From the IMG/VR virus record IMGVR_UViG_3300012532_000003, positions 1-55,648 of that record: a stretch of 55,648 nt of DNA. One strand, 5' to 3'. The translations under genes and the position numbers were made by a program. This stretch comes from a virus (Duplodnaviria; Caudoviricetes). Below the pieces are notes generated by a model. That model was not told where the DNA came from. It worked only from the letters and a program-made list of their open reading frames with translations, and searched no databases. Shown here piece by piece: positions 54,078 to 55,648 of the stretch (its first letter is position 1; the number at the start of each line of letters is the position of its first letter).

Positions 54078-54590
54078 CTACCTGTGTTGGTACACACCGG
54101 TCTGCTTCATGGTTGTAGCTTTTAAGACTGGGTTGAGCACGTGTGGGCTTTGGTGTGGGAGCCGAATAGCAATACGACCATCGGCAGTAGGCAAAGCACC
54201 AGCCGGCGTCACCGAGCCTGTGTCAAGAAACGTCGTTGTCGGCATGTTCACCGTTCCCATCAACAGCTCGGAACCGCCGGTACGTCCATATACCTTATGA
54301 GCAGTAGCAGCAGGGACCGCAGTGGCAGTCCAGTCAACGGTCACCGTCGAGGTGGCTCCGGTTGTTACTTGGGTTTTTGCGGTAGAGGCGGTTGTCTCAA
54401 TACCATCCACCACAGCGGAGACACGGTAGGAGTACGTTGCCGCAGCCAAGGTTCCGCCGGTTGTAGCAGTCGAGGACGCTGGCTGTGCGGGAGCGCCAAG
54501 CTGCACGCCAACTACGAGAGCTGTGACCGACTCGCCACTAGCGTTACGATACCGAACTGTATCGTTCTTGTTTGCTACCCTAAGTGGCAT
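54078..54590 (-). CDS. Putative virion protein with FN3-like insert
   Basis: GGAGGT RBS; TATTGGTLAAATYSYRVSAV...ETTAS...VTV.W, homologous to the tail tube insert. Confidence 0.8.
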   Translation of the reverse strand: MPLRVANKNDTVRYRNASGESVTALVVGVQLGAPAQPASSTATTGGTLAAATYSYRVSAVVDGIETTASTAKTQVTTGATSTVTVDWTATAVPAATAHKVYGRTGGSELLMGTVNMPTTTFLDTGSVTPAGALPTADGRIAIRLPHQSPHVLNPVLKATTMKQTGVYQHR

Positions 54591-54703
54591 TATACCTCCC
54601 GGTTCAGCTCAGAATTTATCCAAAATGCTATTGGGACCGAAATAACCATCCCAATGATACTGAAAACAACTCCAACCCAACCGAACATAAGATAAACAAG
54701 CAT
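54590..54703 (-). CDS. 37-aa membrane peptide
   Basis: MLVYLMFGWVGVVFSIIGMVISVPIAFW...; TAATG coupling. Confidence 0.55.
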   Translation of the reverse strand: MLVYLMFGWVGVVFSIIGMVISVPIAFWINSELNREV

Positions 54704-54705
54704 TT

Positions 54706-55020
54706 TTACTCATTCACAATCTTCTCGGCCTCGACCAGCACGTCGTCGTAAATCCGCTCCCAGGCTGGTTTGTTGTCAGGAAGCATCAGGTTTGCCCTAG
54801 GGTCGCCGAGCGTGCGGTCCATAATGTACTTGGAGGCTTGATACCGAATGGCCTCGGTTGGGGAGTGAACTGCCAGGTGTGTCATGGAAAGCACAGAAAG
54901 TGGCAGGTTCTCCTTCAAAAGATCAACGGCCATTTTGACCGGGTCCTCTACCTCACGCAGCGCGCGCCGGACCGTCAGATCCTGGATCGCTTCGTCCGGG
55001 CACCATTCCTTATAGTCCAT
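54706..55020 (-). CDS. Putative terminase small subunit
   Basis: First gene of the late arm; GAGGAG RBS; E.IR..ASKYIMDR.LG helix motif. Confidence 0.55.
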   Translation of the reverse strand: MDYKEWCPDEAIQDLTVRRALREVEDPVKMAVDLLKENLPLSVLSMTHLAVHSPTEAIRYQASKYIMDRTLGDPRANLMLPDNKPAWERIYDDVLVEAEKIVNE

Positions 55021-55142
55021 TGTCGCTCCTCAAGATCATTTATTCCATAATAGCATGAGATGTCCGACATGGAAAGTACCCGAATTTTGTCCGAATTGCT
55101 CCTGACGAGTGTTCGTCATGATCATCTAACTACCGGAGGGTA

Positions 55143-55502
55143 GTGGAAACTGTGAACCTTTTAACAGCAGAGCAGGCAATTGAGTATTTCGTCCTAGCTT
55201 CGCTAGACAGTATGGACTGGGCAAGAACCCAACACCAACACGCAGCCATACCTCAGCATCTTCAACGTACAACTTTAACCGCAATCCTTGAGGCTGATAT
55301 CAAGTCTATGCTTGTTGAATGGCCAATAGGTATCATTATCCCTGTTGTCGAAAAGTTGTTCTATGAGCATATGAGGAAAGATGTAAACGAAATGGAAGAT
55401 GAAATGCTCTGGATGCTCTACCATAAGATAAGTAATGTGTTCTCCTTTAAAACCAAGACACTTGCCCAGCTTCACTCGATGCTTTGGGCCAGATGTCGAT
55501 AG
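55143..55502 (+). CDS. Hypothetical protein
   Basis: GGAGG RBS before GTG. Confidence 0.6.
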   Translation: METVNLLTAEQAIEYFVLASLDSMDWARTQHQHAAIPQHLQRTTLTAILEADIKSMLVEWPIGIIIPVVEKLFYEHMRKDVNEMEDEMLWMLYHKISNVFSFKTKTLAQLHSMLWARCR

Positions 55503-55525
55503 CCAATTTACCAATCCCGTCCCTG

Positions 55526-55648
55526 TTAAGCCAATTTACCAATTTATCAAGATCAACTTCTTTCTCATACCTATTAAGCCAATTTACCAATTTATCAAGA
55601 TCAACTTCTTTCTCATACCTATTAAGCCAATTTACCAATTTATCAAGA
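55526..55648. repeat. 48-bp AT-rich tandem repeat, at least 2.5 copies, running off the window
   Basis: TTAAGCCAATTTACCAATTTATCAAGATCAACTTCTTTCTCATACCTA at 55526, 55574, 55622; partial copy at 55501. Confidence 0.95.

Noticed and set aside
55526-55648. CRISPR array, or the 63-aa repeat ORF on the - strand
   Set aside because: Units are identical with no unique spacers; the ORF is open mainly because the period is a multiple of 3, and it overlaps the + strand gene end
1-55648. Integrase, repressor/att site, tmRNA, RtcB ligase, canonical YrlA
   Set aside because: Looked for and not recognised in this window; lifestyle cannot be assigned and such genes may lie outside it

Overview
A large part, possibly most, of the genome of a ~50% GC tailed siphovirus. 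Its gene content (DUF397/BldB-like, BldC-like, Rv2179c-like) points to a filamentous actinomycete host. The + strand arm (1-30.3 kb) has two parts. The first is an RNA island: a Ro60/TROVE gene inside an array of 10 intact tRNAs, several arm-deleted or remnant tRNAs, and many closed-stem non-coding RNA candidates. The second is the replication and nucleotide genes (SNF2 helicase, Cas4-like nuclease, AAA_24 recombinase, SSB, primase-helicase, UDG-PolA, class II RNR, RuvC). The - strand arm (29.1-55.0 kb) holds packaging, head, tail and lysis genes. Five inteins are present. Highlights: (1) the Ro60/tRNA/ncRNA island, including a pseudo-symmetric 123-nt rod RNA; (2) a bldA/bldB/bldC-like gene trio with candidate BldC-type repeats at the late promoter; (3) a DUF559 endonuclease overprinted in the +1 frame of a mini-intein; (4) a 49-aa protein that copies the capsid N-terminus onto a histone-like tail; (5) paralogous inteins in terminase and portal; (6) a frameshifted terminase; (7) an ATC-start tail tube gene; (8) interleaved ends of the two convergent operons. 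All calls come from reading motifs by eye; no searches or folding programs were run.
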